From Candidatus Saccharimonadota bacterium (lineage in GTDB: Bacteria; Patescibacteriota; Saccharimonadia; Saccharimonadales; UBA4665): a DNA stretch of 32,000 nt. Positions 8,140 through 16,670 of the stretch are shown here, in pieces. The notes beneath the pieces were generated by a model, which was given only the letters and a program-made list of their open reading frames with translations, was not told the origin of the DNA and made no database searches. Positions within the stretch are counted from its first letter, which is position 1, and each line of letters opens with the position of its first letter. The DNA lies in NCBI GenBank assembly GCA_016699955.1, contig CP064993.1, positions 330,001-362,000 on the forward strand, given 5' to 3'. The position numbers and the translations under genes were made by a program.

Positions 8140-9285
8140 ATGACAAAACAATCGCCACCTACCACCCATCCCCTGAAACCTAGCAAGCTGCGAGTTGCCA
8201 TTGTGCATGACTGGTTGGTTGGCGGGGGCGCAGAGCTAGTCGTCGAACAGCTGCACAAATTATTTCCGGACGCACCCATTTATGCATCGTACGCGACGAA
8301 TGACTGGCGGAGGAGGCTAGATAACAAAGTTACAACTGGCTGGTTGCAGCCATTCGGTAAGATAAGGAAATTTCTGCCCATCTTACGGATTTGGTATTAT
8401 TCTCGCCTGAATTTTGAGGGTTATGACTTAGTTATTAGCAGTTCGGGGGCAGAAGCCAAAGGCATAAAAACTTCTCCTGGCACGCTTCACATAAACTACT
8501 GCCACGCACCCACCCACTATTATTGGAGCCGCTACAACGAATATATGAGACGACCAGGCTTTGGCTTTTTCGATCCGCTTGCAAGGCTCGGCCTATGGCT
8601 TTTCGTCAAACCGCTACGGCACTGGGACTACAGGGCCGCCCAGCGACCCGACTACATGATTGCCAATTCTTCGCATATTCAACGTGAAATCAAAAAATAT
8701 TACGGGCGAGACAGCACCGTCATATTTCCGCCAGTGTACTTTGAGCGTTTTCATTTGTCACACCATGGCCGAACGAAACGACGAGGTTTTATCATATCTG
8801 GACGCCAGACACCCTACAAGCGGTTTGACCTGGCGGTAGTAGCCTGCACGAAACTAGGGCTGCCCCTCACCGTTATTGGGACTGGGCCCGACAACGCCCG
8901 GTTGCGCCGTTTGGCCGGAAAAAGCGTCACATTTCTGGGCAAAGTTACGGACGAGGTACTGGAGCAAGAGTTTGCTAACGCCGGTGCCCTCATTTTCCCT
9001 GGCCTTGAGGATTTCGGAATTACACCCGTGGAGGCTATGGCGGCAGGAATGCCCGTGCTTGCTTATAAGGGTGGAGGCGCGCTTGATTTCATAAAACCAG
9101 GCGTTACCGGAACGTTTTTTGAAGCGCAGACGGCAAAATCATTGGCTCTCGCGCTGAAACAATTTGACACCGGAGCCTACAGCAGTGCCGCCATTCGAGC
9201 CTACGCACAGAAATTCTCAAAAGAACGCTTTCAAAACGAAGTTAAAAAATACCTCCTGAAACAGCTTCGCGACTTTAAAACCTAG
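8140..9285 (+). CDS. glycosyltransferase, GT4 (group 1) family
   Basis: 381 aa. N-terminus LRVAIVHDWLVGGGAELV and the C-terminal GT4 motif FPGLEDFGITPVEAMAAGMPVLAY. Confidence 0.8.
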   Translation: MTKQSPPTTHPLKPSKLRVAIVHDWLVGGGAELVVEQLHKLFPDAPIYASYATNDWRRRLDNKVTTGWLQPFGKIRKFLPILRIWYYSRLNFEGYDLVISSSGAEAKGIKTSPGTLHINYCHAPTHYYWSRYNEYMRRPGFGFFDPLARLGLWLFVKPLRHWDYRAAQRPDYMIANSSHIQREIKKYYGRDSTVIFPPVYFERFHLSHHGRTKRRGFIISGRQTPYKRFDLAVVACTKLGLPLTVIGTGPDNARLRRLAGKSVTFLGKVTDEVLEQEFANAGALIFPGLEDFGITPVEAMAAGMPVLAYKGGGALDFIKPGVTGTFFEAQTAKSLALALKQFDTGAYSSAAIRAYAQKFSKERFQNEVKKYLLKQLRDFKT

Positions 9286-9383
9286 TAAAAAATCGTCAAA
9301 TAATTGCTGCCGGACTAGCTTGTCGGTAATCTAGTGAAGGTACACACTTGATAGGTTGCATTTTTCTTGGAAAGGATACACAC

Positions 9384-11219
9384 ATGTGCGGAATTGTTGG
9401 CTATATTGGAAAAGAAAATAAAGGTGTTTCTGTCGTACTGGCTGGATTGCAGGCGTTAGAATACCGTGGGTACGATTCGGCGGGCGTCGCGTTTCTGAAG
9501 GATGCGTCGATACAGGTCTCTAAGCAGACCGGGCGCGTTCAAAGTCTAGTGGATTCACTAGGCGAACCACGGCCGGAAAGTGACACTGCCATCGGCCACA
9601 CCCGCTGGGCAACTCACGGGACACCAACGGTGGCAAATGCACACCCACACTTCAACGCCACGCGCGATATTATGGTTGTGCATAATGGCATCATTGAAAA
9701 CTATGTTGAGCTACGGGACAGCCTGAAGAAACAAGGTTACGAGTTTGCGACTGAAACCGATACTGAAGTTATCCCTCATTTGATCGATTACTATGCACGC
9801 GAGACAACAACTTTTGAGGAAGCTTTTCGTCGAACGCTCGAGCAACTGCGCGGTGCATACGGTCTGGTGGTCATAACATCACGCGAGCCAGACACGTTGT
9901 TTGCGGCACGGCTCGGCAGCCCGCTCGTGCTTGGGATTACCGAAGATCGATCGCTCATTATTGCATCTGACCCAGCAGCACTTATGACGCACACCAAGGA
10001 AGTTGTGTACGTAAGCGACTACGAATACGTGGTCGCGCACCGAGGCGGTGACTATACTATTCATGATTTAAAAAATGATAAAACTGTCGAACGCGACACA
10101 GAAACACTGGACTACGATGCCGACCAAGCCAGCTTGGGTGACTACCCGCACTTTATGTTGAAGGAGATCTTTGAGGCACCACAAACTATCCGTTCTGCCA
10201 CGCTTGGACGCATAAAGCCAGATAGCGGCATTGTCAAGCTAGGTGGGCTCGAAAGCGTGGCCGACCAGCTCAAGCACGTTGACCGAATTGTCATTGTTGC
10301 CTGCGGCACGGCCAGCTACGCTGGGCTACTTGGGGAATACGCCATCGAAGAACTTGCTGGTATACCTGTTGAGGTACACATTGGCTCGGAGTTCAAGTAC
10401 CGCAAGGAGCCTTTTTCGCGTAGTACGGCACTTATCGTGGTGTCACAATCCGGCGAAACAGCCGACACGATTGCCGCGCTCAAGAAAGTGGAGAACTACG
10501 GCGTCTTGAAGCTAGGTGTCGTAAACGCAACCGGCAGTACCATTGCCCGCATGACTGACGCTGGCGTCTACTGTCACGCTGGCCCCGAGCAAGCCGTAGC
10601 CAGCACAAAGGCATTCTTAGCTCAGTACACTATACTGCTCCTAATTGCCTTATACCTCAGTAATGGACGCAGCGATCAGTACAAGCCCCTGCTTGATGAG
10701 CTGAACCTACTGCCGCAAAAAGCCGAAAAAGTACTGGCGCAAGCCGACCGTATCAAGGAGCTTGCCCGCAAGTACGTCGACACAAAAGACATGATGTTTA
10801 TCGGGCGCGGCTACAACTATCCGCTGGCTCTCGAAGGTACGTTGAAACTGAAGGAGTGTGCCCTGATACATTCAGAAGGCTACGCAGCTGGCGAGCTAAA
10901 ACACGGCCCGCTGGCGCTTATAGATGAGAACTTCCCTACGTTTACGATTGCCACCGACTCGGAGCTGCTCGAAAAAACCTATAGCAATATTGAAGAGATT
11001 CGGGCACGAAAAGGGCCAGTCATTGCTGTAGCAACGGAGGGAAATGAACACATTCAGTCGCTCGTGTATGATGTCATATACATACCACCATCTCTTGAAC
11101 AGACCACGCCGCTACTTAGCGCCATTGTCGTCCAGCTATTTGCGTACTACGTTGCGGTTGAGAAAGGTTTGAATGTCGACAAACCTCGCAACCTCGCGAA
11201 GTCAGTCACGGTAGAGTAG
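9384..11219 (+). CDS. glmS: glutamine--fructose-6-phosphate aminotransferase
   Basis: The ORF-track start (TTG at 9348) is replaced by the ATG at 9384. This gives MCGIVGYIG with the obligatory N-terminal catalytic Cys. GGAAAGGA SD lies at 9369-9376. Two SIS domains are present, and the C-terminus reads LAKSVTVE. Confidence 0.95.
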   Translation: MCGIVGYIGKENKGVSVVLAGLQALEYRGYDSAGVAFLKDASIQVSKQTGRVQSLVDSLGEPRPESDTAIGHTRWATHGTPTVANAHPHFNATRDIMVVHNGIIENYVELRDSLKKQGYEFATETDTEVIPHLIDYYARETTTFEEAFRRTLEQLRGAYGLVVITSREPDTLFAARLGSPLVLGITEDRSLIIASDPAALMTHTKEVVYVSDYEYVVAHRGGDYTIHDLKNDKTVERDTETLDYDADQASLGDYPHFMLKEIFEAPQTIRSATLGRIKPDSGIVKLGGLESVADQLKHVDRIVIVACGTASYAGLLGEYAIEELAGIPVEVHIGSEFKYRKEPFSRSTALIVVSQSGETADTIAALKKVENYGVLKLGVVNATGSTIARMTDAGVYCHAGPEQAVASTKAFLAQYTILLLIALYLSNGRSDQYKPLLDELNLLPQKAEKVLAQADRIKELARKYVDTKDMMFIGRGYNYPLALEGTLKLKECALIHSEGYAAGELKHGPLALIDENFPTFTIATDSELLEKTYSNIEEIRARKGPVIAVATEGNEHIQSLVYDVIYIPPSLEQTTPLLSAIVVQLFAYYVAVEKGLNVDKPRNLAKSVTVE

Positions 11220-12308
11220 CTATTTATTCCGAGATGCTTCAATCGTATTGTCAAAAAGCGTAAGGTACATGTCAGCCGTTTTATCCCAATCATAAGCGGC
11301 GAGCGTCGCTGCACGAACATTTGCGCGGTCTAACGATGGGTTTTTTATTTCAGATACTATTTTCTCTAGATAGGCTTTCGCGTCATCGACCGGTACCAAC
11401 CAGCCGGTTTTATTGTCTATAACCGCGTCGACCGTACCTGCGAACTCGCCAACCACGGCCGGAGTACCGCAACTAGTCACCTCAACCGCCACCATGCCAA
11501 AGCCCTCAAACCCATAGCCACTGCGATTAGGCATGATGAACAGATTGGCTGCGTTATACAGCAATGCGCGCTTTTCGCCGTGAACGTAGCCAAGCAGGTG
11601 CACTGAATCACTCAGCTCAAGTCGTTCAATTGCTTCTTTTGTCGCCTCGTAGTCTTTACCCTGCCCAGCTATCAAGCACACAAGCTCAGGGATTTGTTGC
11701 TTGAGAGGCGGCATGACATTCTCGACAAACCACCGCGCACCTTTCCGCTCTGTCATGCGACCCGCCAAATAGATGACTGGCTTTCCGACAATATCTACTC
11801 CTATCTCGCTTTCTAGTGTACGTCGTATCTGTTCCTGGTCGCCAACCCGGTAAAATTCGTCTTTTGCGCCCCAGTGAATCACTTGGGTCGGTATGCCCGG
11901 GAGCTTAGCATTGACCAGCTCTTCGGTAGCGCGACTAATGACACCCACTGCATTGAGATGACCCAAGGCCGGAATAACCGTTTTGACGTACAATGGGTTT
12001 TTGTAAACCATCTCGGTACCGTGAATGGTTGCGACTACAGGACGCCTGAGGAGCGCTCTAAAGATTGGCGTCGCTGCACCCATTAGCCCATCCTGCACAT
12101 AGATGATGTCGGGGCGAAAAATCCAACCGGTGAAAACCGCCCGCAGCACGAGCCACGGGAAAACCACCGGTAGATACTTGTTGGCTCCGCCAAATTTGAT
12201 GAGCTTGACGGTAGCGCGCGTAGCCAGTTGTTCGTACAACCACGCGGCGACATTTTCCATTCCCCCAACTGTTGGGGGAAACTTGCGGGTTACATAGAGT
12301 ACCTTCAT
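11220..12308 (-). CDS. glycosyltransferase, GT4 family
   Basis: 362 aa. N-terminus MKVLYVTRKFPPTVGGMENV and the EX7E region MPNRSGYGFEGFGMVAVEVTSCGTPAVV. Its stop codon abuts the glmS stop (TAG|CTA). Confidence 0.8.
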   Translation of the reverse strand: MKVLYVTRKFPPTVGGMENVAAWLYEQLATRATVKLIKFGGANKYLPVVFPWLVLRAVFTGWIFRPDIIYVQDGLMGAATPIFRALLRRPVVATIHGTEMVYKNPLYVKTVIPALGHLNAVGVISRATEELVNAKLPGIPTQVIHWGAKDEFYRVGDQEQIRRTLESEIGVDIVGKPVIYLAGRMTERKGARWFVENVMPPLKQQIPELVCLIAGQGKDYEATKEAIERLELSDSVHLLGYVHGEKRALLYNAANLFIMPNRSGYGFEGFGMVAVEVTSCGTPAVVGEFAGTVDAVIDNKTGWLVPVDDAKAYLEKIVSEIKNPSLDRANVRAATLAAYDWDKTADMYLTLFDNTIEASRNK

Positions 12309-12314
12309 GCAGCC

Positions 12315-12320
12315 ATTATA
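12315..12320 (-). promoter_or_regulatory. -10 box (TATAAT) 6 nt before the ATG, implying a leaderless transcript
   Basis: The reverse strand reads gaTATAATggctgcATG, with the ATG at 12308-12306. Confidence 0.45.
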
Positions 12321-12339
12321 TCTCGCTTGTTTAACGGCG

Positions 12340-12345
12340 TATACT
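12340..12345 (+). promoter_or_regulatory. -10 box (TATACT) for the leadered phosphohexomutase gene
   Basis: TATACT lies about 26 nt before the ATG at 12372. A strong AAGGAGG SD lies at 12361-12367. Confidence 0.35.
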
Positions 12346-12371
12346 AATAAACACGAAACAAAGGAGGATTC

Positions 12372-13718
12372 ATGGGAAATATTGCGGACATTTTTAAAGC
12401 GTACGATATACGTGGCAAGGTTGGCACTGAACTGACAGAGGATCTAGTACAGCGTGTTGGGGGGAGTTTTGCACAGTGGCTACAGACAGAGGGGGCTGTC
12501 GTCATTGGTCATGACATGCGCCCAGATTCCCGTGAGCTGGCGGATGCCCTTGCCCGCGGCGTAACGGAAGCTGGCCGAGACGTGATAGATATTGGTATGG
12601 TGACGAGTGACATGGCAGTCTTCGGCGTGACTCATTTTCGGGCAGCAGGGGCAGCCATCATTACCGCCAGTCACAACCCGGGTGAGTACAACGGCATTAA
12701 ACTGTTCGATGACACCCCGAAAACCATTGGCCTTGATCAGGGACTGGCAGCAGTTCGTGATGGCGCACTCAGTACTACCCCGCCCTCGCCAGCAGTAACC
12801 ACTGGTTCTACGAAGCACGAAGACCTCATTAATGCTTGGGTAGAGTACTGTTTACAATTTGTCGATGTTTCAAAATTTAAGCCGGTGCGCATTGCAATTG
12901 ACTGTGGCAATGGCATGGCGAGTGTCGTACTCGAGAAATTACTGCCTCGTCTTCCTTTTACCGTAGAGCGCCTCTTTTTTGAACCAGACGGTACATTTCC
13001 AAACCACGAAGCAAATCCACAGAAACTGGAAACGCTGAAGGATCTACAGGCAACCGTGAGAGACACCGGCTGCTACCTGGGTGTGGCGTTTGATGGGGAC
13101 GGCGACCGAATGGCTATGATTGACGAGGCCGGCCGGCCGGTGTCCGGAAGTGAAATGATGTCCCTGCTCGCGACAAAGTACGTCGCTACGCCGAGCCCGT
13201 CGTTTGTGTATGAGGTACGCACCTCACGTACCGTGGTGAAGCGCTTGGAGACAAACGGCTTCACTTCTGTTCGGTCAAAAGCTGGCCGCAGCAACATTGG
13301 TGAAGTTATGCGCGAAAACAATGCAATCTTTGGCGGGGAAACCACTGGGCACTTTTTCTTCAAAGACTACTGGTCAAATGACTCGGGAATGCTGAGTATG
13401 TTGGTGGCTTTGGAGCAAATATTTACCCAGGACGGCGCACTATCTGAGATGGTTTTCACTTCGCATACAACCAACCCAATGATACCGGAGACTAACTTTG
13501 AAGTGGCCGCCCCGAAAGCGATGTTACAAAAAGTGAGCGATGCCTTTGCGGGGCATGAGCAAGATTGGCTCGACGGCCTAAGCGTCACGCTGCCAAATGG
13601 CTGGTTTAATTTGCGTGCTAGCAACACCGAACCCGTTATGCGACTAAACGCCGAAGCCAACGATGAAGCCTCGCTAAATTCACTCGTTGACCAGTTAAAA
13701 AAACTCGTTCAGGGTTAA
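12372..13718 (+). CDS. phosphomannomutase/phosphoglucomutase (alpha-D-phosphohexomutase family)
   Basis: 448 aa. It contains the active-site TASHNPGEYNGIKL, the Mg-binding GVAFDGDGDR, and GGETTGH. Confidence 0.85.
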   Translation: MGNIADIFKAYDIRGKVGTELTEDLVQRVGGSFAQWLQTEGAVVIGHDMRPDSRELADALARGVTEAGRDVIDIGMVTSDMAVFGVTHFRAAGAAIITASHNPGEYNGIKLFDDTPKTIGLDQGLAAVRDGALSTTPPSPAVTTGSTKHEDLINAWVEYCLQFVDVSKFKPVRIAIDCGNGMASVVLEKLLPRLPFTVERLFFEPDGTFPNHEANPQKLETLKDLQATVRDTGCYLGVAFDGDGDRMAMIDEAGRPVSGSEMMSLLATKYVATPSPSFVYEVRTSRTVVKRLETNGFTSVRSKAGRSNIGEVMRENNAIFGGETTGHFFFKDYWSNDSGMLSMLVALEQIFTQDGALSEMVFTSHTTNPMIPETNFEVAAPKAMLQKVSDAFAGHEQDWLDGLSVTLPNGWFNLRASNTEPVMRLNAEANDEASLNSLVDQLKKLVQG

Positions 13719-14009
13719 CGCTGGTGCCTGTGGCCGGAGCAAAGCGGCCGGTGATCTCGTCGTTTCACTCCTGCCCCAGCACTATTTGCTCCGCACCACA
13801 TGGGTCATCGGCGAAGGCAAAAACTTCGTCCGCACCATACACCATACTAGGCCTCGCGGAGCGTGGCATCTCGCCGCCCCACTGCGCAAATCGGGCTACG
13901 GCAAGTATCTAAAGCCATAAGTCCTATAGCCCACCCCTGTTGTTTACACTCTTTGCAGGTTAATCCACTAGTCTCGGCGACAGTGACCCAAATGTCACTA
14001 TTTAACCTG

Positions 14010-14128
14010 AGTTCGACATAACAGTCGACCTCAGTAGGGTCGGGCTCGCGCGCCCCACTCCTAAAGGCGCTGCTGACGCAGCGCTTCTTGCGACGAGAGA
14101 GAGGATGCACAGGTTTTTATGTCGAACT
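14010..14128. repeat. 12-bp perfect inverted repeat (AGTTCGACATAA / TTATGTCGAACT) separated by 95 nt
   Basis: The arms lie at 14010-14021 and 14117-14128. The left arm also forms part of a local 11-bp hairpin (14007-14034). Confidence 0.8.
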
Positions 14129-14178
14129 GGGGTTATTTAGGTTATTGCACGCTCCATAAGCCGTAAGCACTTGCGTTA

Positions 14179-14418
14179 ATGACGTGTTTAACACCTGGAT
14201 TCTATCTCAAACCGCAACAAAACCAGCCGACTGACTCGCTTAGGCTACCCGAGTTTTCATTACTACCAGCCCCGTCGTCCAAAAACCGCGTGGTCAGATC
14301 ATCGGCAGCCTTTGGAAAGATTGCCTACGAGCAAGGCTTCATCACGACCGACGAGCTGGCCGCCCTCGCCGCACCACTGAAGAAATCCGGCTACGACAAC
14401 TACCTAACAAACGCCTGA
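14179..14418 (+). pseudogene. probable C-terminal gene fragment (unknown family)
   Basis: Only the last ~35 codons look protein-like (GKIAYEQGFITTDELAALAAPLKKSGYDNYLTNA). The upstream part is low-complexity. A related 33-34-nt segment recurs at 15064-15096. Confidence 0.3.
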
Positions 14419-14543
14419 TAACAGCCACTGTACCACTTATAGAACCAAACAAATTACGAACGATTAGAGCAATAATAGGCCTTTTATTGACTTTGTACCT
14501 ACAATAATAGGGCTATTATTGGCTTTAGACTATTGGCGCTATA

Positions 14544-15011
14544 GTGTTATCGATAGAAAAAGTATCCATACCCCGCACCATTGAGCGCTACCTATATTTA
14601 TTAGAACAGTGTTTTGTGATATTTCGCCTTCATCCACTCAGCAGCAATCCACGAAAGCTTCTTGCCAGCCGCAAGCGCAAAGTGTATTTTTATGACATAG
14701 GTGTACGCAATACCCTCGCCGGTCAGCTTGACATACCGATTGTCGAACAACAACAGCTCGGTGGCGTTTTCGAAAACTTCTGCATTGCTGAACGCCTAAA
14801 AACGAGGCTCAATCATCAGCTCCGAGCAAACGTAAACTACTGGCGAAGCCCTGACTCTGAGCTTGATTACATTGAGCAGTACAATGGTGCAGTCTACGCG
14901 TATGAGATTAAATGGCGAAAACAACCCAAGACACCGCCACCACGATTTACTAATCAATTTCCGGGCGCAACATATATGCCCGTTACAAGGATACCTATCG
15001 GGACTTCTTAG
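14544..15011 (+). pseudogene. 5'-truncated AAA+ ATPase, DUF4143-containing C-terminal part only
   Basis: The 155 aa match the C-terminal half of AAA_14/DUF4143 ATPases (KVYFYDIGVRN, ELDYIE, YAYEIKW). The Walker A/B N-terminal ~230 aa are absent. The start is an apparent GTG. Confidence 0.6.
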
Positions 15012-15520
15012 ATGTACGCCCTTAGTAGCTACAGTATGAAGTCTGTGGAGTTGTTCTGGGCAGATTATCGGCATCCCAGAGAAGATTGCCTATGAGAAAG
15101 TAACGACAATGCTTTCTAGCTAAATTGACCTTCACTGCTAGCCTTGTGAGTCCGCTGGCTTCATATCAGGCCTTGTAGTGCGAGAGTATCCCCTGACGTC
15201 AAAAAACAGCTAGAATTGTCTCGGCTAAGGTATGTTTAAGCAATGCTGCGTGCATATCAAGTTTTGCCCCCAAGGGCTAGGGCAAAACATACGAGATACT
15301 TTATCTGTTGTGCTACAATATTTTGTATCCTCTACCCTTAAAAGTATACGGGTAGGTGGGGTTGGCAAAGTATGTATTACCCGAAGACAGAAGAACCAGC
15401 AAAACAGCAAAGATAAAAAACCAGAACTAGAAATAGCAATCTAAAAACTACTAATCAAAACCTAACCATATATATCCCTAGACTAATACCTATAAAGCTA
15501 TAACAGATATAAACAACGGA

Positions 15521-15541
15521 GAAATAAGCCGAAAATAAGCC
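15521..15541. repeat. tandem direct repeat GAAATAAGCC / GAAAATAAGCC (iteron-like)
   Basis: Two adjacent copies lie 58 nt upstream of the replication-relaxation gene. Confidence 0.7.
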
Positions 15542-15545
15542 AGAA

Positions 15546-15559
15546 TATCTATATAGATA
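15546..15559. repeat. perfect 14-nt palindrome TATCTATATAGATA
   Basis: The sequence is its own reverse complement. It lies 40 nt upstream of the ATG at 15599. Confidence 0.8.
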
Positions 15560-15598
15560 CCAACGTAACGCCTAACCAGTACCGACAGACAAACCAGC

Positions 15599-16501
15599 AT
15601 GACCCTACCAAAGCTAACCAAGAAGCAACAAGAGATATTGCTGCTATTGTACAGATTCAGATTTTTGAACCGTATTCAAATACAAGCCTTTCTCGAGCAC
15701 AAAGACCCCAAGACGATTAACATGTGGTTGCGTGACCTGCGAGATAAAGGCTACGTCGAGTGGATATACTCAACCCACTTTGCCGAGAAGACTAAGCCAG
15801 CCATTTACTACCTTGGCTTAAACGGCGTGAGACACTTACGCACGTTAACTACGAAGAGCAAAGACGAGAACAGCGGCGAGATGATAGTATTGCCCTACTG
15901 TCCACCAGAAGAGCTTAGAAAGCGCTACAAGGAGCCAACACGCAGCCAAACGTTCATTGACCGGTGCGTGCTTGTTGCAGACTGTGCATTAGCGATGGAA
16001 CAAGAAGATGCCGCAAATGAGGCCAAAGACAAGAAGCCACGCTATTACTACCAAACTGAGGCAGATTATCTGCTTGAGCGCAGTTACTACCATTTCGTAC
16101 TTGAGAGTGAACTTATCCAGCCAAACCTTATCTACTGCCAGGACAAAATAAACAATGCTGGCAAGGCAGAAGAAACACCCGAAAGCTACATCCTTGAAGT
16201 GTTTGACCCAACCCTACCACGCTACCGCATGAAGAAACGCCTGGGCGATTATGTGAAGTTCCTGGATGAGGAGGGCGATGGATGGCAAGACAATACTGAT
16301 ACGGAACAGCTGCCAATTGTTTTGTTTGTATGTCCGAGGATGACTGATCTTATCTACGCTAAGCGTAGAACACGAGGGCTTATCGCTAATGCCTGGGAAT
16401 GGGAGGATGACGATGCGGAGCGGCCACGGATGCGGTTTACGACGGTGGAGAAGATTAAACAGGGCGGGATACTCAGCAAGGAGATCTGGGAGCAAGCATA
16501 G
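15599..16501 (+). CDS. replication-relaxation family protein (plasmid/ICE-type)
   Basis: The N-terminus LTKKQQEILLLLYRFRFLNRIQIQAFL...INMWLRDLRDKGYV is the typical wHTH start of the Replic_Relax family. 300 aa. Confidence 0.65.
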   Translation: MTLPKLTKKQQEILLLLYRFRFLNRIQIQAFLEHKDPKTINMWLRDLRDKGYVEWIYSTHFAEKTKPAIYYLGLNGVRHLRTLTTKSKDENSGEMIVLPYCPPEELRKRYKEPTRSQTFIDRCVLVADCALAMEQEDAANEAKDKKPRYYYQTEADYLLERSYYHFVLESELIQPNLIYCQDKINNAGKAEETPESYILEVFDPTLPRYRMKKRLGDYVKFLDEEGDGWQDNTDTEQLPIVLFVCPRMTDLIYAKRRTRGLIANAWEWEDDDAERPRMRFTTVEKIKQGGILSKEIWEQA

Positions 16502-16670
16502 TCTTATACCGAACTTTCCATTTGCGTAAGCAAGTGGGAAGTCACCTGTTTTCGAGCAGCGAAAATAGGTTTGGCAAGTGGCAATTAAGGTATGCACCGG
16601 CTATGATGGCGTCATATATGATAGGGGTTATTGTACGGGCATTACTGTGCACTACATTAAGAATAAGCGT

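Noticed and set aside
9286-9383. Possible glmS ribozyme upstream of glmS, as in many Gram-positive bacteria.
   Set aside because: The spacer is only ~98 nt, which is too short for the ~170-nt ribozyme. I could not find the conserved glmS ribozyme core strings. Only an SD (GGAAAGGA) and weak hairpins are present.
9348-9383. ORF-track TTG start of glmS, which adds 12 residues (MIGCIFLGKDTH).
   Set aside because: GlmS needs Cys as the first residue after Met removal. The ATG at 9384 gives MCGIVGY and has an SD at the correct distance.
14067-14090. GC-rich hairpin GCGCTGC-tgac-GCAGCGC as the terminator of the phosphohexomutase gene.
   Set aside because: It lies ~350 nt downstream of the stop and is followed only by TTCTTG, which is a weak U-tract. 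I kept it as part of the unexplained structured spacer rather than as an annotated terminator.
13719-14178. tmRNA (ssrA) or RNase P RNA in the structured spacer. The hint was that the reverse strand ends in ..GGCACCA and TTCGAC motifs are present.
   Set aside because: Several required features are missing:
- There is no GGGG 5' end.
- The putative acceptor stem has no G3.U70 pair.
- The T-loop would be 8 nt and lacks GGTTCGA.TCC.
- No frame gives an Ala-rich tag ending in a stop.
- The RNase P CR-I (GAGGAAAGTCC) and CR-V (ACAGAA.CCGGCTTA) strings are absent or in the wrong order.
15225-15444. Two small overlapping ORFs (61 and 70 aa) in the accessory spacer.
   Set aside because: There is no SD or -10 context, and the sequences are not protein-like. 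The region is better described by a 9-bp-stem hairpin (15261-15288) and AT-rich noncoding DNA.
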